Shown here piece by piece: positions 27,250 through 42,612 of a stretch of DNA of 64,000 nt (positions within the stretch are counted from its first letter, which is position 1; each line of letters starts with the position of its first letter). This stretch comes from Octopus sinensis. Taxonomy: Eukaryota. Made by a program: the position numbers and the translations under genes. Where the stretch lies: positions 12,772,001-12,836,000 of the forward strand of contig NC_043002.1 of the NCBI RefSeq assembly GCF_006345805.1. The letters are read 5' to 3'. The notes under the pieces are model-generated. The model was not told where the DNA came from. It ran no database searches and worked only from the letters and a program-made list of their open reading frames with translations.

Positions 27250-30200
27250 AGCTTACGACTGAGAAATATAAGAGCATGGACAATTGCTAGTGGTGATCCG
27301 CCGAGCAACATCATCGCTGCCGCGCTAAACAACAATGGATTTCATAGAACCATTGACCAAATAGAGCGAATGAAAGGAGAATTTATCCGGTCTTACATGC
27401 TTGTAAGACCACACATCAAAACATTGGATAACATAATTGAAAAGTATTGTGGCAAGGCTGATGGGGATGAAGAGAACGAAAAGGAGAAGGAAGCCGGAAG
27501 TCTGTGTGATCCAGGAGTTCCTCAGGAAAATGGATCACCTACCTCGGTGACCGACCAGGTAGTGAAGGATAGGGCAGCCAAGCGAGCAGAAACCGGAAGC
27601 CCCCCTGTAGCAGTGGTCCAACAAAGAAATGAGAAATTAGAAAAACAGAAGGAAAAAGGAAGGACCGAAAACAAAAATAAGGAGGGAAAGGGAAGAAAAG
27701 GAAAAACGACCAAAGCTGAAACCCCGACCCACCACAAAAACAGCAGAGAACCCCATGTGGGATCCAATGCCAACCAGTACACTTCAGGAAATAAGAAACC
27801 TGGAAGGCACCGAAGAACCTGTAGATTCTACCTGCGGGGCAAATGTTGGCATGGTGAGGACGGCAAAAACTGCCGGTTCGCCCACCCGACAGCCCGCCAA
27901 AACTTCAGGGGACTCAAAGAAAAAAGCTTTACTGAGGGAAGGCAAGAAATGTCTCCCAGGAAAACTTTCAAAAAAGAAGTGCGCTCCTCAGATGTTCTGC
28001 GCAACGCAGCAGCTGAGTAAGAGTCTTTTTTATGGATGGCACAAAGAATTGTCCAGTAGCTAACCTGGCTACACCAAGCACAGAGAAGGAACCCTGCCCA
28101 CCACTATGCAAGACCACCACAGTCAACAGACAATGGATGGCCTCCCCTAACACCTGCACAGCCGTCACCCCAATACTTTCAATAATTATTGAGGGCCTAT
28201 TGCATCAAAGTAGGAACAATATTCCTTTCCTGACAGATCTTACTACTTGCAATCAAGCCCTATGCATAGCACTCGTGGAAACTCACCTCAGCCCTGATAT
28301 AGAAGTCGCAGATGTACACATACCAAACTATGCTATACTGCGAACAGACAGAAGGGAAAGGAGCCATGGTGGAGTTGCTGTATGCATTCGAGATGACCTG
28401 ACACCCGAGGTCTTAATGACATACTTAAATTCGGTATGTGACGCTCTAATTGTATACATAAGACAACATAATATAATCATATGCAATACATATTGCCCAC
28501 AGGGTGCCCCTAATCACATAGGCAAGTTTGAAGATTGCCTCACAAGAATTAAAGAAATCCTCATGAATCTGGAACACCACGTGACCATATTTCTTATGGG
28601 TGATTTCAACTTCCCCAACGTCAAATGGCCTGAAGGTCTCATACTCTCAGGAATGAATCATTGCAAGCAAGTACAGGTGGAGTCCCTGCTCAACGTCACC
28701 AACGCCTTATTCATGGAGCAAGTTGTACTCAAATCAACTAGGGCGAATAACATTCTGTATCTCTGCTTCACGAACAATATGGACATCATTCATGATGTGA
28801 AAGTGACACCGACATTAGTTTCGAATCACAACATAATAGAGTTGTCTATGTTTGGGCCAAAAGTAACCAGAGACATACAGCCTAAAGGAAGCACCCAAAA
28901 TCTCCGGACTGGCCGGAATGTCTCTCCACACCAGACATTGACGTGAAACTAGAATGTTTCATGTCTTCTGTGCAAGCCGTATGCCAGAATTATGTTCAAG
29001 ATCACAAAGCCAACACAAATAGGAGCAAGATTCCAAGAGACAGGAAGATCCTCATGAGACGACGGACGAAGGTTGCAAATCGTCTCAACGAACTTCCCAA
29101 AAGTAGCGAAACGTCCCGCCTAAAAACAACACTGATTGAGATCGAAAAAAGGCTGCAACAATCCTACGTGAGGGAGAAAGCAGACAAAGAAGCCTAGGTT
29201 ATAAAAAACATTAAATCCGACCCAAAGGCCTTCTTTCATTACGCGAAAGAAACAGTCTCAGTGCACTACAAGATAGGACCCCTCCTCCAAAAGGATGGCT
29301 CCCTCACAGACAGTCCAACAAAGATCAGTGAGATGCTTTACCACCTCGTTGGAACACAGACAAGTGAACGAAACAGTGGACTTCTTTGCCGCTTCACCTA
29401 TAACCAGCGAGGCGGTAACAATAGAATGTATTGACATTGGCGAAAAAGATGTCCTACTAGCCATAGATGGAGTGGACACAAACAACTGCTGTCCAGATGG
29501 TTTTCCAGCAATCCTCCTTAAAGTTTGTAAGCATGCCCTAGCAAAACCCCTCAAGATTCTCTTCCAGAGCTTTGTTGCGAATGGCAAACTGCCAAGCAAG
29601 CTGAAGGAGGGAATAATATGCCCAATACATAAACGGGGAAGTAGAGCAGATGCCAAAAACTATAGGCCTATCACTCTGACTTCACACATCAGCAAAGTCA
29701 TGGAAAGGATAGTCAGAAAGAAACTAATCGCATTCCTTGAGGAAAATAACTTGCTGAGTGATACCCAGCATGGTTTTCGACCAGGTAGGAGCTGCCTGAC
29801 CCGGCTCTTACAAAATTATGACTGGATTTTGAGGCAGTTACTCAACAAATCAAATGTGGACGTAATCTACCTTGATTTTGCAAAAGTTTTTGACAAGGTG
29901 GATCATGCTATGATATGGCACAAACTGCGTGACCTCGGCATAGATGGAAAACTTGGAGTTTGGTTACATGACTTCCTGAAAGATTGGAGTCAGGCAGTAG
30001 TGGTTAATGGAGCCACCTCTATGAACACACAAATATTGAGCAGTGTTCCACAGGGCACTGTCTTGGTACCATTGCTTTTTATATTGGCCCTCTCAGATAT
30101 GCCCTCAAATGCCCGGATGGCCACTCTGGCAAGCTATACAGATGATACGAAAGTCTCGCAGAAAATACAGAACACCAGCGATGTTGCAAAACTGCAGCAG

Positions 30201-31112
30201 GAGGTGGACTCGATCTACAGATGGGCTGAGGATAATAATATGCAGTTTAATGCTGAAAAATTCCAGGCCCTGCGCTACCAGCATCCAAAACTGAATATTA
30301 AACTTACAGGATACACCGGTCCACAGGGAATTTCAATCCCAGAGCCTAAGTCTGTGAGGGACCTAGGAATCGACCTGAGAGATGATATCTCTTTCCAAGT
30401 GCACATTACCAGGATGACGACAAAGTGCAGAAGACTGGCTGGATAGAACCTAAGAACATTCAGAACCAGAGATGAGGAAACAATGATGGCCCTCTGGCGG
30501 ACATTCGTCCTCAGCCGCCTGGATTACTGCTCACAGCTATGATCACCCACCAGCTTAAAATTACAGCTGTCCTTGAAGCAATCCAGAGACGATTCACAAA
30601 GAAGATTGTCTCTTTGGAACAGCTCAGCTACTGGGAAAGCTTGAATCAGCTAAGACTCTACTCCCTGGAGAGAAAACGGGAGAGGTGTGCAGTAATATAC
30701 GTCTGGAAGATCCTGGAAGGTATTGTGCCAAATTTTGGCATTGTAAGCTACACCAATACTAGAATGGGACGACACTGCATACTGCCAAAGATCCCAGCAA
30801 TGCCATCACGCTTCAGGACCAGCTTCTGCAACAGCCTGGGTTTCAAGGGCCCACAGCTTTTTAATATTCTGCCAAAGAGTCTGAGGAACTTGCACAAAGT
30901 AGATGTATCGGTCTTTAAATCAAAGCTGGACATCTTCCTGTCGAGAGTCCCAGATAACCCTACCTCACGGCAAGAGGTGCAAATGAGAGTAGCTATGTCA
31001 AACTCCATTCTTTACCAAGTGCCACATATTAGAGGGGGTTCTTCGTAATAACAGTGTAGCACAAAACGGCGGTGCATCAGCATGGCCGCAGCTCTGAGCT
31101 GAAACAAGCAAC
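27250..31112 (+). mobile_element. CR1-type LINE, decayed, unit B
   Basis: ORFs 27370-28020 (ORF1, CCCH), 28032-28946 (APE) and 29295-30446 (RT). Shares the RRLAG* stop with copy A. Confidence 0.9.
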
Positions 31113-31138
31113 ATATATATATATATAAACACACACAC

Positions 31139-31238
<100 letters not shown>

Positions 31239-31339
31239 GTATTTATATATCTGTATATATATATACAGGGAGAGAGAGAGAGAGAGATCGTTAGCTACTA
31301 CACACATTTATTTCTCTCTATGTGTTTTTTCTATGTCCC

Positions 31340-31373
31340 TTTCTGAATAAGAGCGTAGGCTCGAAACGTAAAA
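31340..31373 (+). ncRNA. Degenerate hammerhead-like motif in a short repeat (also 48283-48316; deleted in A)
   Basis: TTT-CTGAATA-A-GAGC-gtag-GCTC-GAAA-CG-TA-AAA. G8 is replaced by T. Confidence 0.45.
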
Positions 31374-31463
31374 CAGTTTTTCTTTTCCTGAGTGTTATAC
31401 TAATACATCTGTTTGTTTGTACATGACCTGTCTTCGTCTTTTGTTTTTTTCGTAAACTCTCGT

Positions 31464-31509
<46 letters not shown>

Positions 31510-31846
31510 TGATTATAATAATACTAATAATAAGCAACCATACTCTGGGATATGCCGATACACACAGATAGAGAAATTAAGGCCAACAGACCAGATATAG
31601 TTGTCAGAGATCATGAAGAAAAAAAATGCTTTCTAATTGATATATCAATACCGGCTGTTGACAACGTGTCTCTAAAAGAAATGGAGAATCTCTCAAAATA
31701 CAAAGACCTGGAAATAGAGGTAACTAGAATGTGGAATCTGAAAACAGAAACAATTCCTATCATAGTAGGTGCATTAGGCATGATAAAAAAATATTAGTGA
31801 AAGCACGCAATAAAAATAAAACTACTGAATAACAATAATAATAATA

Positions 31847-31928
<82 letters not shown>

Positions 31929-31929
31929 G

Positions 31930-31973
<44 letters not shown>

Positions 31974-32210
31974 GATAGTGCTCATGGGAACTGCTCATAT
32001 TCTACGCAAAATACTTGTTATGTAATCTCAACTTTTAAAACAAACAACTTTCGTATGGTTTTTAGGCATTCACTAGTACAACACTAAGTACAAAACCAAA
32101 AATACGGAACCGTAGGCATAACACCACCACGAACTTCCAACATGTTGTCTGTTGAGGTCTCTGGGTAGGAATTAGAGCCTGCTTGTGCAAATGTAAAGCA
32201 AAAGTCAAAC

Positions 32211-32300
<90 letters not shown>

Positions 32301-32364
32301 TAATGATGATAATAATAATAATAATCATAATAATAATAATAATAATAATATTATAACTTGATAA

Positions 32365-32444
<80 letters not shown>

Positions 32445-32698
32445 GATAGTGCTCATGGGAACTGCACATATCCTACGCAAAATTCTTGTTATGTAATCTT
32501 AAGTTTTAAAACAAACAACTTTCGTATGGATTTTTAAACATTCACTAGTACAACACAAAGTACAAAACCAAATATATGGAACCCTAGGCATAACACCAAC
32601 ACGAACTTCCAACTTGTTGTCTCTTGAGGTCTCTGGGTAAGAATTGGAGCCAGCTTGTGCAAATGTAAAGCAAAAGTCAAACATAGAATAATAATAAT

Positions 32699-32775
<77 letters not shown>

Positions 32776-32809
32776 TGATGATAATAATAATAATAATAAT
32801 AATAATAAT

Positions 32810-32885
<76 letters not shown>

Positions 32886-33139
32886 TATAACTGCGCCCTT
32901 TTAAAGCCTAGCAAGACTCATGGGCCTGGTTTCCCGGTTTCTGTGGCGTATGTGTTCCCCAGCTGGATGGGACGCCAGTCCATCGCAGCGTTACTCATTT
33001 TTGCCAGCTTAGTGGACTGGAGCAACGTGAAATGAAGTGTTTTGCTCAAGAACAGAACGCGACGCCCGGTCCAGGAATCGAAACCACAATCTTACGATCA
33101 TGATGCTGACACCCTGAACACTAAGCCATGCGCTTCCAT

Positions 33140-33213
<74 letters not shown>

Positions 33214-34683
33214 ATAATAATAATAATAATATTAATAATAATAATAATTATAATAATAATAACCCTTTCTACTATAGGCACAGAGTCTGGAATGTTGGGA
33301 GAGGGGTCCAGTCGATTAGACTGACCCCAGTACACAACTGGTTCTTACTTTCTCGACCCCGAAAGGATGAAAGGCTTAGTCGACCTCGGCGGAATTTGAA
33401 CTCAGAATAGATGAAATTCCACTTCGCATTTTTTCCGGCGTGCTGACAGGATCTAGGATGCATCACCCAAAATCTAACATACAAAGGCTTATATACAACG
33501 TATAGAAGGTGGTAGAGGCCTTATACAATTGGAAAACTACTATAAAATAGCCACCATAGGACTGCAAAAATATCTACTTCAGAAGGAAGGAAAACTGATA
33601 CAAATAGCGGCAAAACACGAGCAAAACAAAAAACAGTTTTCAGTATTTAAGGAAGGTGACAAATACAAACAAGATATCATACCACCTAACAAATATGAAA
33701 AAGAAGAAGATGAAGAAACAACAAAAGCTATAAAACAAATGAAATCCAAACTTAAAGTAGAACAGCAACGAACCATGATAAAATGAATGGCAAGAAAAGA
33801 CCCTTCATGGCAAATACTGGACTAAACTAAATGCAAAAGAAATAGACAAAGAAAAGTCCCAGCAAATGTTGAGAAGCTCAGAACTCAAAGCAGAGACAGA
33901 GGGATTTTTAATTGCAACACAAGACCAAAGCCTCCCCAACAGAAATTACCAAAAACATATAATGAAAAGAAATAAAACAAGTAACTGCAGAATGTGTGGA
34001 GATGGGCAAGAAACAATAAATCATATATCTTTGGCTGCCCAGTCCTGGCTAAGAAGGAATATATAATCACAGACAGGACAGAGTTGGGACCTATATACAC
34101 TGGAAGCTATGCCAACATTATGGAATAACAACAGAAAAAATATGGTATAGGCACACACAAGAAAAGGTCACAGAAAACGTGAAAGCAACCATACTCTGGG
34201 ATATGGCAATACACACAGATAGAGAAATTAAGGCCAACAGACCAGATATAGTTGTCAGAGATCATGAAGAAAAAAATGCTTTCTAATTGTTGTGTCAATA
34301 CCAGCAGATGACAACGTATCTCTAAAAGAAATGGAGAAACTTTCAAAATACAAAGACCTGGAAATAGAGGTAACCTTAATGTGGAATCTAAAACAGAAAC
34401 AATAACTATCATAACAGGTGCTTTAGGCATGATAAAAAATATAGCAAAAACACCAGGACTTACAAACACATATATATACAGAAAATTGCACTACAAAGCA
34501 CCGCACACATCCTACGCAGAACACTTTCAATACAGTAACCATCAGCGCACCACAAATCACAGCACATACCCAAGGCACACGGAGCTGCGCTCGGTAGTGA
34601 AGTGAAAGCATGCTATAAAAATATAATTACTGAGTTATAATAATAATAGCAATAATGATAAATATATAGATAAAGAAACTTAC

Positions 34684-34960
34684 CGAATCTTCCTCCATAA
34701 ACTGGTTTGTCGCAGTCATCATATTGGCTGTTCCGCCACACACAGACTTGTTGAGATTGAGAAAACACAGTTTGGTTACCACATGCCAACGGTATGGGAA
34801 ACATAGCATTACATAAGTAGAATTCACTGCAGTTACTTGGGGATCGGACAAAATGTGATCCGGCTCTAACTTGTGTCTGCTGACACAGAGTCATGATACT
34901 CTGACTGTAGACTGTTGACACTGCGATCAAGAGAATGGCGGCCACAAAACGGAACTCCAT
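34684..34960 (-). CDS. CBM14 gene B exon 1
   Basis: Same coding sequence and donor as gene A exon 1. Confidence 0.9.
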
Positions 34961-35423
34961 TGTTGTAATTTTATCAATTATAGAATCGAACGAGAGTTAA
35001 GACGAATGGCTTGCAAAAACGCTATCACAACAGACTAGTAACCTCTGTAAATGTGTCTCAGATCCCTAACAGTGAGCTTCTTATATAGGCCTTAAATAGG
35101 GTTAGGGTGAGGTTTTGAATAAGAATTAGGTAGTAATTCAGGTTCTTTTTTTAAAATTGATCTAATATTTGGTCTTACTTCTTCAAGCTAACAAGCCTCC
35201 GCCCAACGACCGTATTAGATAACTAGTTTATCTGTGTTGTCATTGTTATAGTTGTTGACGTTGTTGTTGTTCTCCTCCCCCTTCTGCTCCGCTTTCTCCC
35301 CACCTGCAGATTAGTTATCAGTTATGTCAATGGTGATGAAGGAGATGGCCTTAGCGTTTTATTGATAGTTATTATTCTCTTACAACTGACACTACATACA
35401 TACATATATGCATATGTATATAA

Positions 35424-35463
<40 letters not shown>

Positions 35464-35481
35464 AAATATATATATATATAT

Positions 35482-35585
<104 letters not shown>

Positions 35586-35833
35586 TGTGTGTATGTATAT
35601 ATATATATATATATATAATTTTATAAATATAAGTGTATTTAAATATACATATATATATTACTATATATATATATATGCCTGTAAGTATTTATATACATAT
35701 CTGCTTTTATATATGCATGTAAATATTTATATATATGTATATATATAAATATATGTATATAAATAAATAAAGCTATGTAAATATATACACATATACATAG
35801 ATATGTATATACACACATGCACACACACACACG

Positions 35834-35879
<46 letters not shown>

Positions 35880-36284
35880 CACACACACGCACGTATAAAA
35901 TAGACTTTAATTGAAGTACAATTTCACCGAAATTAAACATATCTAAGGTAATAAATGTGAATGTCAGTGTGTCACGCTTTTTCAGCTTTAATAAATCTTT
36001 TCTACTGCAAGTACATGGACTCATATTTATCGGAAAGGGATTAAGTTTATTCCATCAACCCCAGTGCGTAACTGGTAATTTAATCGACCCCTAAAGGATG
36101 AACGGCAAAGATGACCTCGGTGGATTTCGAACGCAAAACCTAACGGCAGCCCGCTGGCTAAGCGAGCGGGCCAACAGCAGAAAGAGTGGGAGAAAGAGTG
36201 GTGAAAGAGTACAGCAAGGACCATCGCCCTCTTCCGGAGCCTCGTGGAGTCCGCTGCCCTAACCACTAGGCCATTGCGCCTCCA

Positions 36285-36400
<116 letters not shown>

Positions 36401-36404
36401 CATA

Positions 36405-39293
36405 TTTCGTTCCAACAACCGGTTAAACAACCATGCACAAGAAACCCACACCACTCGCAATGATTACCAACGAAGGCCTCCTAGAACACCACACCCGAAT
36501 ATGGGATATCGGGACGCTCTTGTCAATACTGTTCCAAGAACACACACCATAAATCACAACAGGAGACCCAACATCAACAAAGAACAACTATATAATAGCT
36601 ACCGTCCCAACCACCGCATTCATTTTTTAGACCCAATACGCAAACACAGAGACAGAAGATAGCACCAAACAAGCAGGAGGAACCAAAAGTGATAAAAATT
36701 ATCAATCTAAGTCACAAGGAACTAACAGCAAACCAAATAAACATACTTTCCAAAGGACTCAAGTTTACACCCACCCCACAACACCCCAACTACAATGAAA
36801 TGAAAGAAGACATCGCAGAATTCTGCAGAAAATTAAGACTTACTGAAGAGCTATACGACAAATACAACGAGGACGAATCGTTAGTCAGAAATAGGAGTAA
36901 CTACACCCCCTCTAAAGGTAAGAACAAAACACTTGATGATTTCTGTGACTACATATCAAATTACCCATATCAACATATGCACAAACAAAAACACAAATCA
37001 AATTTCAGCAAAAAAGAATGGGCTGAGTTGAACAAATTAAAACAAGATGAAACAATAACAATCAAAGAGGCCGATAAAGGGAGTGCTGTTGTCTTAATGG
37101 ATACGACATTTTACATAACTTTGGTACTATCTATGCTGGAAGACACAACATACTATGAAAAGGCACAAAACTACAGTCAACAAAAAATAATGAGGGAACT
37201 AAAATCCATGTTAAACCCATACAAAGAAGGGCTCACCGACAAAGAATATGATTATATGACCAATTTCACAAGTAAAACCAGCCAATTCTACGGTATACCT
37301 AAGATACACAAAAGTGAGAAAATAAGTAACGCATGCAAGATAGCTACAGACAAAATAATTAAAGTCCCTAATCCTAATGACCCCAAATTGAGACCCATAA
37401 TAGCAGGTCCCGCATGCGAAACCCACCGCCTCAGTAACTTTTTAGACACCCTGTTAAAACCACTCCTCAAACATGTCAAAAGCTATATAAGGGACGACTT
37501 GGATATGCTCAATCACCTACCGAATACTATAAACAAAAACACCATACTGGTATCCTTCGATGTAGTCAACCTCTAATCCAATATCCCCCACAACCTAGGA
37601 CTAGAGGCAATCCAATTCTGGCTAGAGAATCACGCCAACGAACTCCCACATCGGATCAAAAAAGAATTCGTGTTTGAAGGGGTTAAATTCATCCTGGAAA
37701 ATAACTTCTTCGCCTTCAAAGACAACTTCTACCGGCAAAAATAGGGGACTGCGATGGGTACACGAATAGCCCCCTTCTTTGCCAACCTAGTCATAGGATA
37801 TCTAGAGATCAGTCTGTATCGTAATGTTCTAGAAATATATGGCAGCCCTTTCTCCATCTACATAGAAAACAACTGGAAGAGATATCTAGATGACTGTTTC
37901 ATTCTTTGGCATAAAAATATAGAAAAACTCAAAGAATTTCAAGAAATTGTAAACGGACTGGACGTAAACATCCAATTCACGATGGAATATAGCCAGCAAC
38001 AACTCCCCTTCCTCGATATCCTCATTAAGAAAGCTAATAATGTAATAGAAACAGACATATATTATAAGCCTACAGATTCTAAGCAATATCTTCCATTCAA
38101 TTCATGCCACCCCAGATACACCAGGATGAATATCCCCTTCAATCTAGCAAAAAGGATATGCACTATAGTTTCTAATGCAAACACCAGAGACACACGACTA
38201 CAAGAACTAAAAGATACCCTTATCACCAGGAACTACCCACCTTCACTTATTGACATGTGCATTCAACGTGCCCTTCAACTTAACATCAAGGAACTGAGAC
38301 ATCCAAAATCAAAGAAAAACTTACGACCAAAAGCCTTACCATACATCTCCACACACAACCCTCTCAATAATGAAGCCTTCGGCACCATCCTCCACAACAT
38401 ACCCCTCCTAAAAAAAGACCTCAGAATGAACACAATCCTCCAAACACACACGATCATAAAAAGCAAGAGACAGCCTAAATCTATGAAAAGTCTCATAACA
38501 CAAACCCGAATACACTCTTCAACACAGAAGCCGACAGTAAAAAAATGAGAAGATCCAATTACGGGATATGCGATTATCTAATTGAGGGATCAGAGTTCTC
38601 CTTCAAACAGGGACAACGGTTTACAGTGAAAAGCAACTTCACATGTGCTTCGGAGAACCTGATATACACACTAACCTGCTCTGGGAGTCAAGAGCAGTAC
38701 TTAGGCCAAACAAAAAATAGTTTGCGTAAAAGAATGGCCCTGCACAGACACCAGATAAAAATTCCCCAAAACAGAAAAATAGCTTTCAGCCAATACATAG
38801 ATACTTGCGCCAACAACAAAACACCAGGCTTCAGGATTCCACCCCCCCTACCAATTTAGGGACGATACAACCTCGAGACAACGAATAAGTAAAGAAACTC
38901 TCTTTACTACAAAATACAGGCCACTACTTAACGGGTCTACGACAAACGATTAATATACCTCAACTTTAGAATAACAGAAATATACACACACAAATATTAC
39001 ATTCCAAAGAATCCATTACAAATCAGCCCCAATCACAGCTATAATCCATAACGTGCCAACTTCAAGTCATACAACACCTCACTACATTCACTCATTCATA
39101 TTCTCCCTTCTCGTTTTTCTTCTTCTTCCTCTTCTTCATCATCATCATCATTATCATCATCATCGTCGTCATCATCATCACCATCATCATCATCTTCTTC
39201 TTCTCCTTCTTCTTCTTCTTCTTCTTCTTCTTCTTCTTCTTCTTCTTCTTCTTCTTCTTCTTCTTCTTCTTCATCATCATCATCAACATCATC

Positions 39294-39325
<32 letters not shown>

Positions 39326-39840
39326 CTTCTTCTTCTTCTTCTTCTTCTTCTTCTTCTTCTTCTACTCCACCTTCTACCTCTTAACTTTATCACTAATGCT
39401 TTTTAGTATAACACCTACGCAAATTCCATAAACAAATCTTTCAATAGAAATATTCTCCTGAATTGAACTGCAACTGCTAGCCGCCACTGACCATTCAAAA
39501 TACGACCATCAAGGCACTCCCAAATATTTCCACCCCCTCTCCTCATCAACCTCCTCCTTCTTCTACCCTACCAAGAATTCACAATGGCCTCGAACAAACA
39601 AGTGCAAACAAGGGAGACAAAGAAAGGCAGAATGCCACTTATATTTGAACACTATACAAATATTCCTTTAAAAAAACATTTCTTTTAATTTTTCTAAATT
39701 TAATTATTTAATCGTTACAGTTGAAAAGGTCTCAAAATGACCGAAACCGGTACTGAAATGTTCTTTATAAAAATATTTTAGCATTTTCTATTTTGACTTG
39801 TTTTTTCATATATATCAACTCGTGTGTTCCATTTCACCCT
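36405..39840 (+). mobile_element. Penelope-like element, unit C
   Basis: ORFs 36689-37576, 37754-38548 and 38545-38859. Same termini and stop as B. Confidence 0.92.
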
Positions 39841-39841
39841 T

Positions 39842-39934
<93 letters not shown>

Positions 39935-41134
39935 GTATGTATATGTATGTTGTTTTACTTAATTTAAAATATATATACACACTAATTATGCAACTATTTA
40001 ACTATATTTATAGAAACAAATAATACTTAGGCCTATAGTACCGTAGACGTACTTATCTCAAGGCGTGTATATACATATATGCATATATATACGCATACAT
40101 ACATTTATACACATTTGTGATATGTAGGAGTGTTAATGCATTAACCAAGCTTAGCCTTCTTAACATGTGGTTCTTGGGAATATAGTGGCTCTTGGAGAAA
40201 GTTTGATTGTTTAGACACACATATATATAGATATAGTTCTATATAAAAAGATTCCACGGGCATACGGGGTAGTTGTTAAGAGCTCGAGCTACTAACCCCA
40301 AGATTCCGAGTTCGATTCCAAGCAGTGACCTGAACAACAACAATAATAATAATAATAATAATAACAACAGCATCGAAAGATACCCTAGGAATGAGAACCC
40401 AGGTTCGAAATTTCTCCAAGACACTTGATGAAGGATGGAGGGTATATCAGCCGAAACGTTGTGTTAACAAAATACAAGATGAGGACAAATATCCGTCTAA
40501 TGTAAATAATGTAAATAATATATATAAATGTCTTTGTAATTTGTTTTTTAAAACTTAACTATTGAAGGACCCTTCTGTTTTATCCTTCTCACTTAAATTA
40601 TCGAAATTGGAAAGTGAATACTTAATCATATTACTGTCTCACTTTGCTATTGAAAAAAAACAAACATGAACGACCAATTCACATAAAGCTTTATTTATCT
40701 ATTGTATTTCGGGACGGTCATTTTTTATTACTTGTTTTGGTAAATAAAAACACGCACTATATATTCGTTCTTCACCTGTTTATTTCTGTTTTTATTCTAA
40801 GTCCATTGTCCGGAAATCATTCAGTCTTTCTAACTCTAGAGATATTTCAAAGTCAACCAAGGTCAAAGAGTTAGAAATAAACCTCAGTGGTAACGAAATG
40901 GTATGTACAGGTCTGTGCATGGCTTCTTGACAGTAATGTGAATTAAAATTATTTCATTACCAGGTGTTCTTTTACTCGTTTCAGTCATTTAACTGTGGCC
41001 ATGCTGGATCACCGCCTTTTTGTCGAAGAAATCGACCCCTGGACTTATTCCTTGTAAGCCTGGAGCTTATACTATCGGTCTCTTCTGCCGAACCGCTAAT
41101 GTTATGGGGGCCATAAACACATCAACATCGGATG

Positions 41135-41190
<56 letters not shown>

Positions 41191-41426
41191 GAAGGGCTTC
41201 TTTCAGTTTCCGTCTACCAAATCCACTCACAAGGCTTTGTTTGAACCAAAGCTATAGTAGAAGACACTTGCCCAAGGTGCCACGCAGTGGGGCTGAAGCC
41301 GGAAATGAACCATGTGGTCGGTAAGCAAGCTTCTTATCACACAACCACGCCTGCGCCTAGGAGAACTGAAGGAAAATCCTTTGGTAGACGGAAACTAAAA
41401 GGAGCCCGTCGTATATACATATATAT

Positions 41427-41583
<157 letters not shown>

Positions 41584-41838
41584 TAATAATAATACATAAA
41601 AAGTGTGTTATTGTCTCGAAGATTTTCATGGTAGTTGAAAAGTCATTAGCGTCTATTTCTAATTCAGTACGAGGCGAAGCAATTGGCTGAGCCCTGATTA
41701 TAAATAAGTATATAATTATAGAATATTTTGTATATTTCACGTAAAAAGGTTTTTTTAGCGTTCTGACTACTCGGTAAAATTATTATTCTTTAATTATTTA
41801 ATCAATTTTACTCACTCTCTCTCTCTCTCTATATATAT

Positions 41839-41926
<88 letters not shown>

Positions 41927-41948
41927 GTGTATATATACATGTATATAT

Positions 41949-41992
<44 letters not shown>

Positions 41993-42013
41993 ATATATAC
42001 TTGTATATATATT

Positions 42014-42079
<66 letters not shown>

Positions 42080-42085
42080 CATATA

Positions 42086-42612
42086 GGAAAAAAGCAACAA
42101 GAATGGATCAAAATATCGGTACAATTGTTTCGTACGAAGACATCTTTAATAAGGCTACAAAAATTGCAGTAAATATAGGTGGCTCGTACTCATCAGCCGA
42201 AAAAACATCCGAGATTTCCAAACATCAAAGGGGGTAAAGTTACACTCGTGAAACATCATGGAAAGTTCTATAAAAATGGAAATTTAGATAAGAAATTGGT
42301 TTCTAAGATTTCAATTAGTATTACACAGTCATATATCAGGTTTTTAAAAAGTATTTTCAAAACATCTTAGTTTTCCAGGAAGTGAAGAAAAAGGTGAGGG
42401 TGTGAATATATCCTTATTGAAGAAAGTTGGATTCCTGGAGATATGATGAGAATTATTGTACTCACAGAATATGCGTTTGTCCATATATAGTTTATTTCGC
42501 CTGATGGGTACGAGCCATCTATATTTACTACAATTTTTGTAGCCTTATAAAAAGATGTATTCTTACGAAACAATTGTACCGATATTTTGATCCATTCTTG
42601 TTGCTTTTCTCC
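42086..42612. mobile_element. MITE copy C
   Basis: Same TIRs and TA flanks. Confidence 0.85.
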
